Shown piece by piece: positions 13,241 through 26,282 of a DNA stretch of 64,000 nt; the stretch's first letter is position 1, and each line of letters begins with the position of its first letter. The translations under genes and the position numbers were made by a program. The DNA comes from Balanoglossus misakiensis (lineage: Eukaryota > Animalia > Hemichordata), in assembly GCA_040954595.2 (NCBI GenBank), contig CM082585.2:9412564-9476563 (forward strand), in the 5' to 3' direction. The notes beneath the pieces are model-generated. The model saw only the letters and a program-made list of their open reading frames with translations. It did not search any database and was not told the DNA's origin.

Positions 13241-16200
13241 GTTTTTCAGTTGGACGGGAGACAACGTCACCAAACTTCTATCGAGGTACAAGATGGTGGA
13301 CGTAAGCTGGAAGTTCTCTGGAATGACGAGACATATAGCAGGTAGGTGTCGATTGGGCCGCGGATTTTGTAGTCAACCAATGATTGCGGCCGGCGTAATT
13401 ATAGTGTGAGCCAATTAACCCAGGATAGTCAACACGTTTTATGTACAGATTATACCGTACCGTGACGATATATCGAAACTTTTCTTTTTATTCGGCTAAG
13501 TGTGACACAAAGACAAGTTAGGAAATGAACCCTCATGTTAATATCTGTGATAACTTATTTGCGCCATGTCTGTTTCAGATTTCACGCAATATGGTTACGT
13601 CACAATTGCCACTGTTCCGATTGCATGCAAGCCTACAGCGGCCAGAGTCTGATCGAAGTATCCGAGATAGACCCGCGACGAGTGAACATCGTCAGTGCTG
13701 ACGTAACAGGTACTGACGTCAGCAGTGGACACATTTTGACGTAGTGAAGACTTTATATTATCGAGAACATAAAGCATGGTTTTATGATTTAGTGATCTTG
13801 CTATATATTAATCGCCATACCTGTCTATGTCAATGTTGAAATTTCTTGATGATCACAGTGCAGTTCTTAACTGTTTTGCATGTTTGTCTTTCAAGACGAC
13901 TTCCTGAATATTGAGTGGGATGAGGGTGAGCGATCTCATCAGGGGAAAATTCCCATGAGCCTTTTACACGAGAACTGCTACTCCGAAGAAAACAGACGAC
14001 GACGACGCGAGGAAATGAAGATAAAAAAGCTCGAGGTACAAGTTTCATCTTGAAGATCATCCATCTTGAAATTTAGCTTTTTACTCCACTTCGGAATTTT
14101 GCTCTTCCTATACATGTATATACAACACATGTCCAAATTTTTAAACATATCTAATGTCGCTTATCTGCGAGATGCCATAAAAGTAGGGCGTCCGATACTT
14201 GACAAAACGTGATTTTGTTTCCATCCGCATTACAGGACAATGTCATACCCCGTCATTGTTATCACGATATCTTGAAGTCTGACAGATGTATGCTCAGGTA
14301 CGTGCGTTGCCGTTAACACCACACTTGTCTGTGACACCACTGATAACACAACTGATATCACAGGTCACAGGCTGTGGTCCATTTCGAATTTATCAGTAAG
14401 TTGTTAGAACGCTGCTTATTTTGCAACACATTTTCCCGTTTCCTGCAGTTGGTTGCAGAGCATCAATGACTATGGCGTTGCCATAGTAACCGATGTACCC
14501 CTTAACGAAGATGCTGTTGTTGAGGTGAGTGTCCACAACAGTGTATTATATGTCCTAGTTTTGTCATATCAGACAGATTACGGGGTTAATGCCTCAACAA
14601 CAACAACAACAACAACAGCAACAACAATGTAATGACGTTGCCGTGATCGAAGGTCACGCCGGCATATTGTCAAACCACATGGTCTAAACGCTATGTTCAA
14701 TCACATCCATTAGACTTCAAGACAAGGTCAATGAACTATGAACCTGTGAAAATTAGAAGTACATTCTTGGGAATTGCTCATTTGCATAAACGACACTGGA
14801 ACACATCAAACCATATTGATTACCTGTTGGATGAGATTTTTCTCGTTTGCACTTCAATCTTCAGTTTGCTGAACAAATCTCTCCTGTGCAAGTTGGGATC
14901 TATGGAAAGGTAGGTTGCGTGCGGCAAAAGATGGCTGACTGGTAACGTGACACACAACGCACCAACTTCCCAACTTTAGAGGGCGTTGGTTAACATTCAC
15001 ACATTCAGTTCAAATCCGTTGATATTCTCATTATCACCATCTTCAGTTCACACCTTTATCGCTCGTGTTCAGAAATTAAAGGTGTTAAACGATAGAAAAT
15101 CGTCATTTATTTTGAATGTATTTTCTTTCGTAGACTTATGACATAAAGTACAACCCAGAGCCAATCAACATCGCCTATTCGTCCGTGCCTCTTGGGTTCC
15201 ATACTGACTATATTTACCTCGAAGCTCCGCTCGGTGTTCATTTCTTACACTGTTTGAGGTAACCACAAAGAGTCATTAGCAAAGTTTATATTAAAGAACG
15301 GGTAAATTATTTGCTAAAAAACTCCACGATGTTAATACAGTTTGCGGCATGAACAAGTTGTGGCTCCTGGCGAAATTTGTCATTCTCATGAGCCCTACAT
15401 GACATGATACTCCGTATTTCCAGCTCGCGGTAGTCAGTGTACCGCCAGTTGGCGTAAAATTAAACACACACGCGTACTAGTCTGCGAGAGACCACGATAG
15501 ATTCTCTCGTTTGTTCTTTCCGTTGTCAAGGTTTGATCCGGAGGTCGAAGGAGGCCAAAGTATTTTTGTAGACGCCTTTGCAGTCGCCGAGGAACTCCGA
15601 CAGAAACACCGAGAACACTTTGATACTCTCGTTAGGGTGCCGGCCACCTACCAGAAAGTCCACATGGATCGGTAAGGCTTTTCAGTCTGATCGCCCATAA
15701 TCGGACACGCAACGCACTTGCAAGAAGGTGCAAACGACAGCAAAATGTTGCACTTAAATCATTTACAAATATAATACTAGTATATGCTTGGATTTGTGTT
15801 TACAGTGAAGATGTGTCGCATTTTGATATCACATCTCTCGAAGGACATGTTTTCACCGTACACAACCAATAATGTATTAATATACTATTGTCACTTTGCT
15901 CATAGGGACTATCCTGTTTACATGAAATTCACGACACCAACAATTACACAGAATCATGAGAATGAAGTAAGCAGCATTATAGACTTATCTTTTTGGTCTC
16001 TCTCTCTCACTCTCCCCCCCCCCCTCTCTCTCTCTCTCTCGTCTATTCTAAGACTTGTCTTTGGGTAAGTTGACTTTGTGGTTGGGTGAATCAGAACGTC
16101 TTGGGTAAACTTCTGTTATCTATATATAGACCAATTTCCACTTTAGTTGAGCTATATTCTAATTTCTTTCCTTGCAGGTTGTCGCCGTACGGTGGGGACC

Positions 16201-17446
16201 TTATTTTGAAGCACCACTCCAGGTCGCGGAGGTGAGTTCTATGATGGTGTCTTCTTTAAATTATTTTTACAATACCCTTCACGACACTTTCAATTCCGAG
16301 GGGGGGGGGGAGATATTGTGTGAATAACCAGAAGAGTTGTGACGAATAGAAGTTTGATAAAAAATATTATGCGGACTCTTGGGATTTTTGTGAAACGAAC
16401 TTTACTTTTTTCTGTTCGCTCAGGAAGACGTCGAGCCTTATTATCAGGCTCAACACGAGTTCGCGAAATTGTTGGAACAATCCGAAACGAGGGTAAGTAG
16501 TATTAACTTCTCTTTAAAAAAAACTGCACGAATAAGATTTCTTGTCATTTTTGTACAATTTTCCCGAGTTGTAAGCCAATGAAAAATGTCCAAGAAATGT
16601 CTGCAAGAACCACGTCCACCGCCAGCGTGGTTCTTGGGTCCAAAAAATGTCCACGCCATTGCTCTGTCAAGATTGATCTAAACACCGTATATCTTTTCCG
16701 TGTATTTGTAGCTGAAATACCGTCTGCAGCCTGGCGAGTGTGTGTCATTCAATAACCGTCGCCTACTTCACGGAAGGGAAGGATTTACTTTAAATGGCGG
16801 AATGAGATTCTTTAAGGTAGGCAGTGACTTGTATCTGTATCTGGCTAATCGAAAGAGATTGTCGTAGAGCCACGAGAAATGGCGCCACCACTTGTCCATG
16901 TGGACAAACTATGATGACGTCACACATGGTGAATGTAATTTACTTTATTAAGTCAACTAATATTAAAACTAATAACACATCATGGTGTTATTTATAGGAT
17001 AACTGTGATCAGTCATGTATCGAGTACGACATCATTTATAATTTACTGTAATGGCAAATTTGAGGCAATTTAATTTACGTATCCAAATTAAAGCTTCGTA
17101 TGGGAACCTGATTATTCTACCTCCTTTTGTTTCAAAAGCATTTCAATCATAATAAAAGCACTATACAACAAAGGGCACTGCCCACACAGAAACCTGTGTC
17201 TGAATTGCCAAAAGTGTAATGAATATTGAAGCTCTCCCGACCAAAACGCTGACTTGGGTCTGAAATGAAATTCACCTGCGCCTGCGTGCGACTGGCCCTG
17301 CCTTCTAACACTAACTCATCGTCTTCTCTCCCCTGCAGGGATGTTACCTGAACATCGATGAGGTGAAAAGTAAAACGCAGCTTCTGATGATCAACCAGGG
17401 GACGGGAAAACTGGCCAGACGAGTTGGCAACCACTGTTATATGTAG
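13241..17446 (+). CDS. Gamma-butyrobetaine dioxygenase-like (BBOX1/TMLHE family, TauD-fold Fe(II)/2OG dioxygenase), multi-exon
   Basis: Phase-consistent GT-AG exons: 13241-13341, 13579-13709, 13896-14035, 14236-14297, 14449-14524, 14865-14909, 15134-15258, 15531-15671, 15906-15966, 16178-16231, 16424-16492, 16712-16816, 17339-17446 (TAG). Motifs: Zn site WLRHNCHCSDC, NIAYS...FHTDY (HxD), GGQSIFVDAFAVAEELR, LQPGECVSFNNRRLLHGR (distal His plus 2OG Arg), RFFKGCY. Confidence 0.92.
14595..14627. repeat. (CAA)n microsatellite in intron
   Basis: About 11 CAA units with one CAG. Confidence 0.9.
15997..16040. repeat. (CT)n / poly-C pyrimidine tract in intron
   Basis: Two CT-dinucleotide runs flanking a poly-C run. 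Confidence 0.8.
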
Positions 17447-18780
17447 GTTGTCCTGAATGAAACTGGATATACCAGCGAGATTTCGCCCCAAGAATCCAAT
17501 TCACTGTGGCGATAATTTCTTTCCAAGCCTCAGGTATAATTGGTTATCCAAACCCCTCCAGAATAATAATAATAATGATCCCCAGAGTTTAATTTTTAAA
17601 ATCAGCAATAAGTAACATGTTAACGTATATACCCAGGCTATGTCAACGAACTGAATTATAATTTTCTCAACAATGCTTACTACAGCTAATTAATTATCCA
17701 TATTGTATAAGAATATTTCTAAAGGAAAACGTCAAACGTTATATTACAACTACTATGTAGTATTTTACTTAAGACGTCAGTGGTTGCTTGTTTAGTATAT
17801 TTTGAGGTCAAGACATTACAAGGAAATGCGTATTATTCGTGATAGTTCAGAAGAATGAAAGTTGTGTATTCAAGAATATTAATTGTCATACTCTATTCAC
17901 AATATTATCAGAAATAAAATACAACAGTATGGAGAAAGTCAAAAAAAGGAACACACGTACATGTATACCTTTATTGACATATGGTATGCACAGTTAACTT
18001 TCCCTCCCGAGACAACAGGGCATAGAATTCATTTCTATTAAATAATATAGGACTTAAAATTCGTTTATCCGGTATCGTTGGAATAATACGAGCTTTGCTG
18101 GTCCGGGTAATATTACCGTGAATACGATAGAACATATTTTTGGATAACTGTATACGATTACAATGCGAACAGAATTAGTATTCGCCGCACATGGGGAGAA
18201 AATTGAAATTCTAACACTGACAAAATAAACCAATGTGACAAAATAAGCGGGTATGCGTAGTACCAGTATTACATTGTGTGTTAAGGGAATACATGTCAGT
18301 CTGTGAATTCAGTCACCCACGGGCAATTATCCCAAAATAGTTCAATTCGTGATCCTGTTGTCTGGTGGCCGCCACTCACCGAATAATATCGCTGATATCT
18401 CATCGCAGCCACAGAAATGAAATACCGCAGTTATCAAACCACCTCCACAAAAGTGACATATATCATGTATGTGTGTTTATTTCTCAAAACAGGGCCACAG
18501 CCCATCATTTCCATAAACTTACAAAATCACAGGGGGGTGCACCGGCACCGGCACCTGCCACAAATATAAATTACACGAAAAAAATGTTTAGGGTTAGCAT
18601 GCATACCACATTAGACCGAAGAGGGCATCATTTGGCTAAGAATTGAGCGTTAGAAATTATTCATTTCCCGTCGGGGCAACGGATCGAAAGTACCGTGAGA
18701 AACAAAGCAGCACTATATAAGTGAAAGTGCACAGCGGGAATAAAAGAAGAACACTGGACGTGATCAAATGGATATAGAAA

Positions 18781-18983
18781 CGCGCATGCGCACAGAAAGC
18801 TTCACCTCCGGTTCTCTTGCAGCTTGGTAATAAATTCTCATTCATCAGTCGCCTTGCGTCGTCTCGGAACCGCGTCCACATCCGTATTACTTAACTACAT
18901 TCTAAGAGGAAGTGTACACTGGGCGTGATGTAATAAGAAAATTCCCACGCCTATAAGAAGACCATGAAGGCGACAGACATCAA
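18781..18983 (+). promoter_or_regulatory. Candidate promoter and first 5'-UTR exon of sialyltransferase copy 1
   Basis: NRF1-like CGCGCATGCGCA at 18781, ETS-like AGAGGAAGTG near 18905, strong donor CAA|GTAAGT at 18983/18984. A matching acceptor TTACTTTTCAG lies at 21302, upstream of the copy 1 ATG. Confidence 0.4.
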
Positions 18984-21573
18984 GTAAGTAGTGATGTACG
19001 CCTCGGCCTCTCGCTCTACATATTCATTTTTTCATCCCGCTGATATTCCTTGTAAGATCTCTCTCTGTACACGTTGGCGTTGACACGACAGTCACGATTG
19101 AAGACAGTGAGCTAGGACGCCATGAAACCGTATCACCCAGACGGCTATCGCGTTCAATGCCGGGAATCGAGGTCGACCGCTCTGCCGTTTCATTATACTG
19201 GATGTAATTCATCAAGGCTATTTATAATTTAGGGAGGCTCACAGGGTCACGGCCGATGTAAACGTGCGCGTGTAGATATATAGGCCCTACGCAGTCAGAA
19301 ATGTTCAAAAGAACTGTATTCACATGGGTATATCATATTGCTTGCAAGGTTGCGGGTTGATGGATGTGCTATTAATGGTGTTCACGTTGGGTCTGGGAGG
19401 GTTATTCACACTTCGTCGGTCGCTAGGTAACCGGCGCTGGGGGGCCAGCGTCTCGTTTCTGTGAGGCCAAAATGTCATACAAAATGTCACACAAAGATTA
19501 TACCCATCTGATATTTGGGGGGGGGGGGGGCTGGAGGATATATGTATGGAAGATAATTTATTGAAGATCACTATACAAAATGACAAAAAGCTCGGGATAT
19601 TTTGCAAATTTAACTTTGGGCCTCTTAAGAAGCACACTTTTTTTCTGTTGTAGTGGAAAGACATACATTTTTTTCATAGATGACTGGTAACAAATTTAGA
19701 CTCAAAAATCCTCCAGCCGCCCATGGTCATTGTGTGATAATTAGTATTCGAACAAGTCCCATTGCATTTCATTGGTTTTTACGTGCCATAAGCATCGATA
19801 GATGAAAGCGATTGTTGCAGTATAATGACGTGTGCAGAATGCTCTCAATAATCGGCTGCCTATTCTTGATCCTGTCAAAAGAAGGCATTTTCTTTGGGCG
19901 AGCGAAGAAAGAACTGGATTAGCAGGCTATCGACCGCTCGGCTAGAACATGTCGTTCGCCACAGATATTTGATCCTCTGGCTTGTGAACTCAAAATGGAC
20001 CGGGAAGAGGAACCAGCCTGAATGAATTGACCTACCACGCCCTGAATACGACTCCTTAAATCGCCGAGAAATGGCGCAGCAATGGATAGTGTGTCAGATC
20101 CGGGTGAATCGCTTTTACACTATAGTGTCCGGTACACTCTGATTCACGACCAACTTTGGTGCGTACCAGTTATCTTGGCATTCATGTGCTACAAAAAGCA
20201 AAGGGATTTTTTTTTATCGTGTCCCGTGTGTCACCAAGGTAACGACGGATTAAAAATCATGACATGATGTCGCTTTATCAAATTGTAGACTCTCACAAGC
20301 TACTTGAACTTATCGTCTGCTTGAAAGTGTACTGCCCTCAACGTTTCCGTTATGAACGACAGAGATTTGCACAAATTCCCGCGTACAATTCTGACGTCAC
20401 ACACCCATGTCGTGTACTATTGTTGCGTATCCATGGTTGTCTCACGATCGTAGAGCCTACAGCTGTGTGTTTATGATTGCATGGACATCATGGTGTCTTC
20501 CTGATGTTCATGACTTTGAAAAAAAGAAAACTGACAACAGACGACAGGCCACCACCATGCCGACCTCAGAGAGAATACTGCCATAGATTCCGGAGATGAT
20601 TTCATTTAAAGTCACACGCAGTTGGTTTACCTCTCTCGCTAGATTAATCATTTTAACAACAAAACCAGCATGCACGTTCTAACCCATCGAGTTGGTCGAG
20701 GTGCGGTTAGGAGGGAAATGGCATGACAAAACTGGCATGATTGACAGATATTTACTTTTGATGCCCTATTTTTAGAAAACTAATAATTTTTCAGACATGT
20801 TAGATCCTGTTAAGACAGATTTTCAAAGGAAAATAATTGTGAATCTACGTTAACTGGTGTACTAGCGTGCCAAATGCCGCTCTGAAAGTAAAATCGAAAA
20901 AAAGGTACAATAGACTGTATTTCTCCGATTGTTTCAACAAGTGGTTTTCCTTCTGTGTCGAATATCTCGTGAAAGGACATGTATGTGAAGTAATATGCGT
21001 ATGTAGCACGTTTTAACCGGAGGGTCTGACCTCTTTAAGGTTGACGACAAAATCGCGCATTTATACAGTAACCCGTGTTCACAATGTAGACCTGGACGTA
21101 TCACATTCAAATGTTTCTTCTTGCGCGTAATGCCTTTTGTTATCGGAGGTGTTATCCATTGCCAACGTTGTATCCGTGCGCGAGCGACTGGCGTTACTTT
21201 AATACCGTACGATCAGATACAACGGACGGTGTAAACTGATACTCCCTCTGGAGGATAATTCCGCATCGTTTTACTTATGCAGTGCCCATTCTTACTTTTC
21301 AGGCTGCCAGTTGAAGTTCCAAAAGAGCGGGGACCTTATTATAGATATCCGCGCCAAAGATATCACAATACGTGTAGGGCACGGCTAATTTATTCACAAT
21401 CGGTTCAATTCAAGACGCCATATTGGATGAGCTGTTCGGGATGTGCTACGGTGTATTTATAATTTTAGGAGTGAGCTGAATGATGTTGTTCGAATGGTTA
21501 TAGCTTTGAAGTGGTTAACACCTTGAAGTCACTTATACATTATCGAACGCAGATTTTACATGGATTGATTGCA

Positions 21574-23439
21574 ATGCAAATGAAAAGTAAATTTTTCGCG
21601 GTAACTTGTGGCGCATTTTTAGTCTGTTTGCTGATGTCGCAATCGGTGCCTATATCGAAGAAAATGAAGAAAACCTGGGGCGGGGTTCACACCGATGACG
21701 ATGTGCTTTCCACTAAGTCCATACGGGAAGTCGAAGCCGCCATAAAATCTGGCGATCTGAATCTGGAGAATGCGGTACTTCTAATGTCTGAGGTGAAGGG
21801 GTTGCTGTTTCAACTCGAAACGTATATCAGATCGAAAAACGACGGAGTGTGGTCTGTGTACAGGTCTGGCAACACTACGTCACTGGAGTGCCCGGGAATT
21901 CAAACACATGGCAGCAATAGCTCGGACAAGGAAAGCATCAGGTCTGGGAATTGGGCAAACGTGTCGAAGAACTGTAAAGAGATGGTAGCACTGTCGAGCG
22001 CCAAGGTCACAATGCCAAATCACAGCGACAAGTCTATCCACAGTATACTCGTGTCGTACGACAAGAAATTCGACAACCGTCTCATCACCAAAAGAAACCC
22101 GGAAGGGGTTCGATATAATGGACCTAACGCGAGGTTTAAGAAAGTGCCCCAGGCGAACGATATCATGTGTCGGATGAAGAGGGTGAATGTGATTAGGACG
22201 TTGGGTGACGATGCGGCGCCGTTCAATGAAATCGGCGTCGCCAAACATTTCCCGACAAAACAATTTGTTGAAAATTACAACTTTACTCGATGCGCCGTGG
22301 TCGGCAGCTCCTTCTCACTCAACAACAGTGGATACGGCGAGGCGATTGGTGAGTACTATTTCGGTTGTTGCTGTTCGGTGTCGTCCAGTTGAATGTAAAA
22401 TCTTTTCTTTGATATCTTCGCTGAAGACACCTGGTTTTCGAATTCTCTTGTCACATGTACAGCGACCTCTAGACCGATATTATATCGTGTCGTTTTTCCA
22501 GATAATCATGACGCCGTACTGAGATTCAACGACGCCCCCACCGTCGGGTTCGAAAACGACGTGGGCAACAAGACGACCATCCGGGTGATCAACAGCAACG
22601 CCTTCTTGAAAATGTGCGATGGGGTTTCGTCTTCACAGTGTCCAAACGAGACACTAGTCATATGGAGAACCGGTCCTTACAACGGTAATCTATACAGAGT
22701 AAGTTTCACAGTTGGTTTGTCTCTTGCAGATCCTGGTACTAGCATTTCCAGGGCGATAGCTCCCGTGTTCATACACAACATCCCGTTAACACGACATCCC
22801 ACGAACAGAATATCTGTTTGTATGTTAACACAGACTGAATTTAACCTTCATATACATGTCACTATCTCCTATCATTACAGTGGTATATTCAACCCAAAGG
22901 ACAGGCCCTATTCTCCAAGTATATCGCATGGAGGACGGCCTTCCCGAACCAAGATGCATATCTGGTACATCCCCAATCTCTGTGGCTGGCATGGGATACG
23001 CTGGTATACTTCGGCACGTCACGAATAAAACCAATAGTTCCTTCATCTGGGTTTACAGGTACGTCGATCATGTTGGATTGTGTACACTACACAGAGGTCA
23101 CAATAATAAACTGAGACATTTACGTGTCCAAAAACAACCCAGATGGTATACCAGACTGATTTCCAACAATACTCTTACAAGCACATGCAATTCATTTGCC
23201 TTTCAGGAACCCTTCTGATGCTTAACATTTGCGATACGGTGGATGTATACGGCTATGTTGCGGATGGCCTGCCCAATTACACATGCCATTACTACGAGCC
23301 TGCCGAAGTTTGCAAGAGTGTGCAATGGCACCCAACTTCAAACGAAAAAAGTCTCCTTAAAAAGGCCCACATTGGGTCTGCAAAAGACATCAAGAACGGG
23401 CGGGTGACCTTGAAAGGGTTCAGCCAGGTCAATTGTTAG
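21574..23439 (+). CDS. ST6Gal-like beta-galactoside alpha-2,6-sialyltransferase (GT29), copy 1
   Basis: Exons 21574-22348, 22502-22698, 22881-23058, 23207-23439. Type II anchor MQMKSKFFAVTCGAFLVCLLM. Sialylmotif [94 protein letters not shown]-terminus [13 protein letters not shown] resembles ST6Gal. Confidence 0.92.
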
Positions 23440-24665
23440 TGGGATTCAACATGGTGTGCAATTAACACACGAGGGGTGCTAATTAATATAAGCAGTAATT
23501 CCGCGCCAAAGATTTCACACGTCAACATAACTTGGCAGACGATAATTCACTTTCAAAATTTCCAAAAAGAGGGGGGATGGGCCTCTATACACGCGCATGG
23601 GTATTACACGGTCGAATACGGTATAAAACACAGTTATATTTGTCTTCATTCAAAGCTAGCGAGGGCATTGTTAAGAATTCTACCTTTTCACCATTGTTTT
23701 CTATGATAAAGTTGGATCCCTACAGAGCGTGAAAGTGGGAAGTTACACCTAATTGGATGGTTAAATGACCCAGGATACTTTGAGCACCCTGAAACACGTG
23801 ACCTGACGGGTACAAAGGTTTATGCAAAGAGGACTTGACATTTACAAATTTGGAATATTCACTGTAATGGGGTAACGATTAGTCTTGATATAAAACACGG
23901 CTATTTATAACATTTTGGATATGGAAGATAGGGCCTACGTGATTCGCGAATCGCTCAAAAACTATACGACTGAGCTGGGAAAACCGGGTAACCAAACCGA
24001 AATACAGTATGGAAAGAGTCAAAGAATAGCGAAATCGACACGCGTGTCATTTACTGATTTTTATACACACGATTAGCATTCAGAATATCAGATATGTGTG
24101 TTTTTATTTGCAATTGCATGCTGTTTTACTTTTGATATCACTCGTGTGTGGCGAATTTTTCGCAGCAACTTTGAATTTCAAATCACATTTACACGTCTTT
24201 TTAATATGTGGTACTAGTATATATACGGGTATACTAGTCTGTAATTTCGTGTATTTTATTTCACAAGACATCAAATTGCATAAAATATAATATAATATAT
24301 AACTATGTACTGCTGTGTATTGTGTCTATCGTCGAAGGGACAATAAATACCTATGTTTAAATTTGTGTAATCAATTATATGCATAACTCCTAATTAAGGC
24401 AATAATGCAATATTTAGCTTCCCAAGACAAATTTCGTGTTATGTGCAAAGTTGGTGAGAACTTAATTTGAGTCTGGACTGAAATTCACAGCGATAATGAT
24501 GGTGATCACCATGAAAATCATATGTGTTTGTTCTTGCGTTATAGTGGAGGGTCACTTTCTTTCATGCAAGGATAATGTGAAGGGTAAGGGTACAGACTTT
24601 TTTCCCCTGCATTTGGAAGAATACCGCCCCCCCCCTCCCGCGTTATTTCAGTCCTGTCCCTTATG

Positions 24666-25155
24666 TGAACTCAGGTGTCACCATAGTAAATACCACACCA
24701 CCCGTGGATGGAATGCTGCAAGTTTCCGCAGCCACTGATAGTCACATGCCCCTTGACTGTACAGTGCACCTTCAAGGAAAAGAGTTCCGGGTCGTGTTAA
24801 CGGGAGAAGAGAAAACGGCTGTATCAGGCGAATCTTGTGCTTCTGGCGGCGTGAATAGTTCTCGAGACCCGGGACCTCGACCAGCGAGGCCGATTTACTT
24901 GTTTGCTGGCAATGCTATGGAAAATCATCGAAGCGTGATTCGACACACTTAAGACAGAAACCAATCGGAGCGGCACCGCAGACCTTTGAACCCACAGGTA
25001 AGATTAGATACATGAATGAGACCTCAATGACTAATACACCCATATTGCAAATATACTACGGCATGATAAGCGCCAATCGGGTGTAAATACAGTGGTAGTT
25101 GGTGACGAAGCAGTAAACAGCAAGTAAGTTTCAAAACGAAACAACGCCCAAATAT
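24666..25155 (+). other. Upstream 5'-UTR exon and flank of sialyltransferase copy 2 (paralogous to 29429-29969)
   Basis: Donor CACAG|GTAAGATT at 24997/24998; clear nucleotide homology to 29429-29969; would splice to acceptor TTTTTTTCAG at 26036. Confidence 0.6.
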
Positions 25156-26282
25156 ATTTCCCCTCATAACACTGCATTAAAATAGTGAAGAAGATCAATG
25201 AATAAGCTTTCAACTTTACAGTCATGCAGATACTAGTATGATGTTATTATTTTGCATTGACTTAGTACGATCACCATTCAACTGCATGGGCCGCATGACA
25301 GGAGATATGATTTCAACCATAGACCCCAGAGTCTACACGTGTCAACCAACTATCAGTAATGTCCAACACCTTTACAGCAATCACAGTACTGTATTTACAC
25401 AGCGTCATAAAACGCCACGTAATTCACAATAAAAGTCCGGTAATACATCTACAGTAACTGTAGCTTATCTATATTACTATAGCAACCACTAATAACAGTC
25501 TCGACTTCCTTGTCGCTATTTTTACACGTAGGGTCTATAAAAGGGTTTAAAATATAATGTAAAGGGAGAGCCATTTGATTTCTGTGGGGATGGAGGGTCT
25601 GGGTGTGTCAGCAAATATTTTTTTCAGCCATTGTTACAGCATTTTTTTTCGATTGCCAGTTCATCTTTTTTCCTCAAGGCATTGCAGAAGATTTTTCCGT
25701 CTCTGCACCAACTGCCAACAATTTATTTTCCAAAACTCCCTCCCCTCGATTTTGTACACCGGCGACAACTTGTAAAACGAGATATTTGCTTATGTATTTA
25801 AGGTTAGATGACAATCTCTACCGCCTGATGTGAATATTCCGCATAGCATAAGGAGTCATTTGTCTCCATCTTGAATGCATTTTACCACCTAGGTTCTTCA
25901 ACGTTTATTGAATTTGGGCGATCACATTCGATCAAGGGGAAAATTGATAAGACCGTGCAAAGTGGGAGTACGAGGGTAGTTCTGCATCGATCGTTTTACA
26001 TAAAAGTAACACAGTCCGTTCCTACCTTTTTTTCAGGTATCCCCGCCGAGTCCCAACAGAGTCTCGTCCTTTGGAGTAAAGACTTCAAGATCAACACCCT
26101 GGAAGACAAGAAAGAGACATTGATAATCTATGTAAATACAAGTACGACCAAGTCGCCAGCGATGTATAACCGATCATCTACTCTTTTTAAAAGTTTAGCT
26201 GATTGTTATTATCAGAGAATTCCATAAAGCTGTAAATAACTCCACCGATGGTTGGCCAGTTTGGAGACTAGGTGTCAGAGCC

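Noticed and set aside
14478-14491. X-box-like GTTGCCATAGTAAC
   Set aside because: Lies within a coding exon (VAIVT); explained by codon sequence.
24770-24952. Conserved peptide EFRVVLTG...GVNSSRDP shared with ORF 29521-29748
   Set aside because: Most substitutions between the two copies are non-synonymous and the starts and ends differ; duplication of a 5'-UTR exon explains the similarity.
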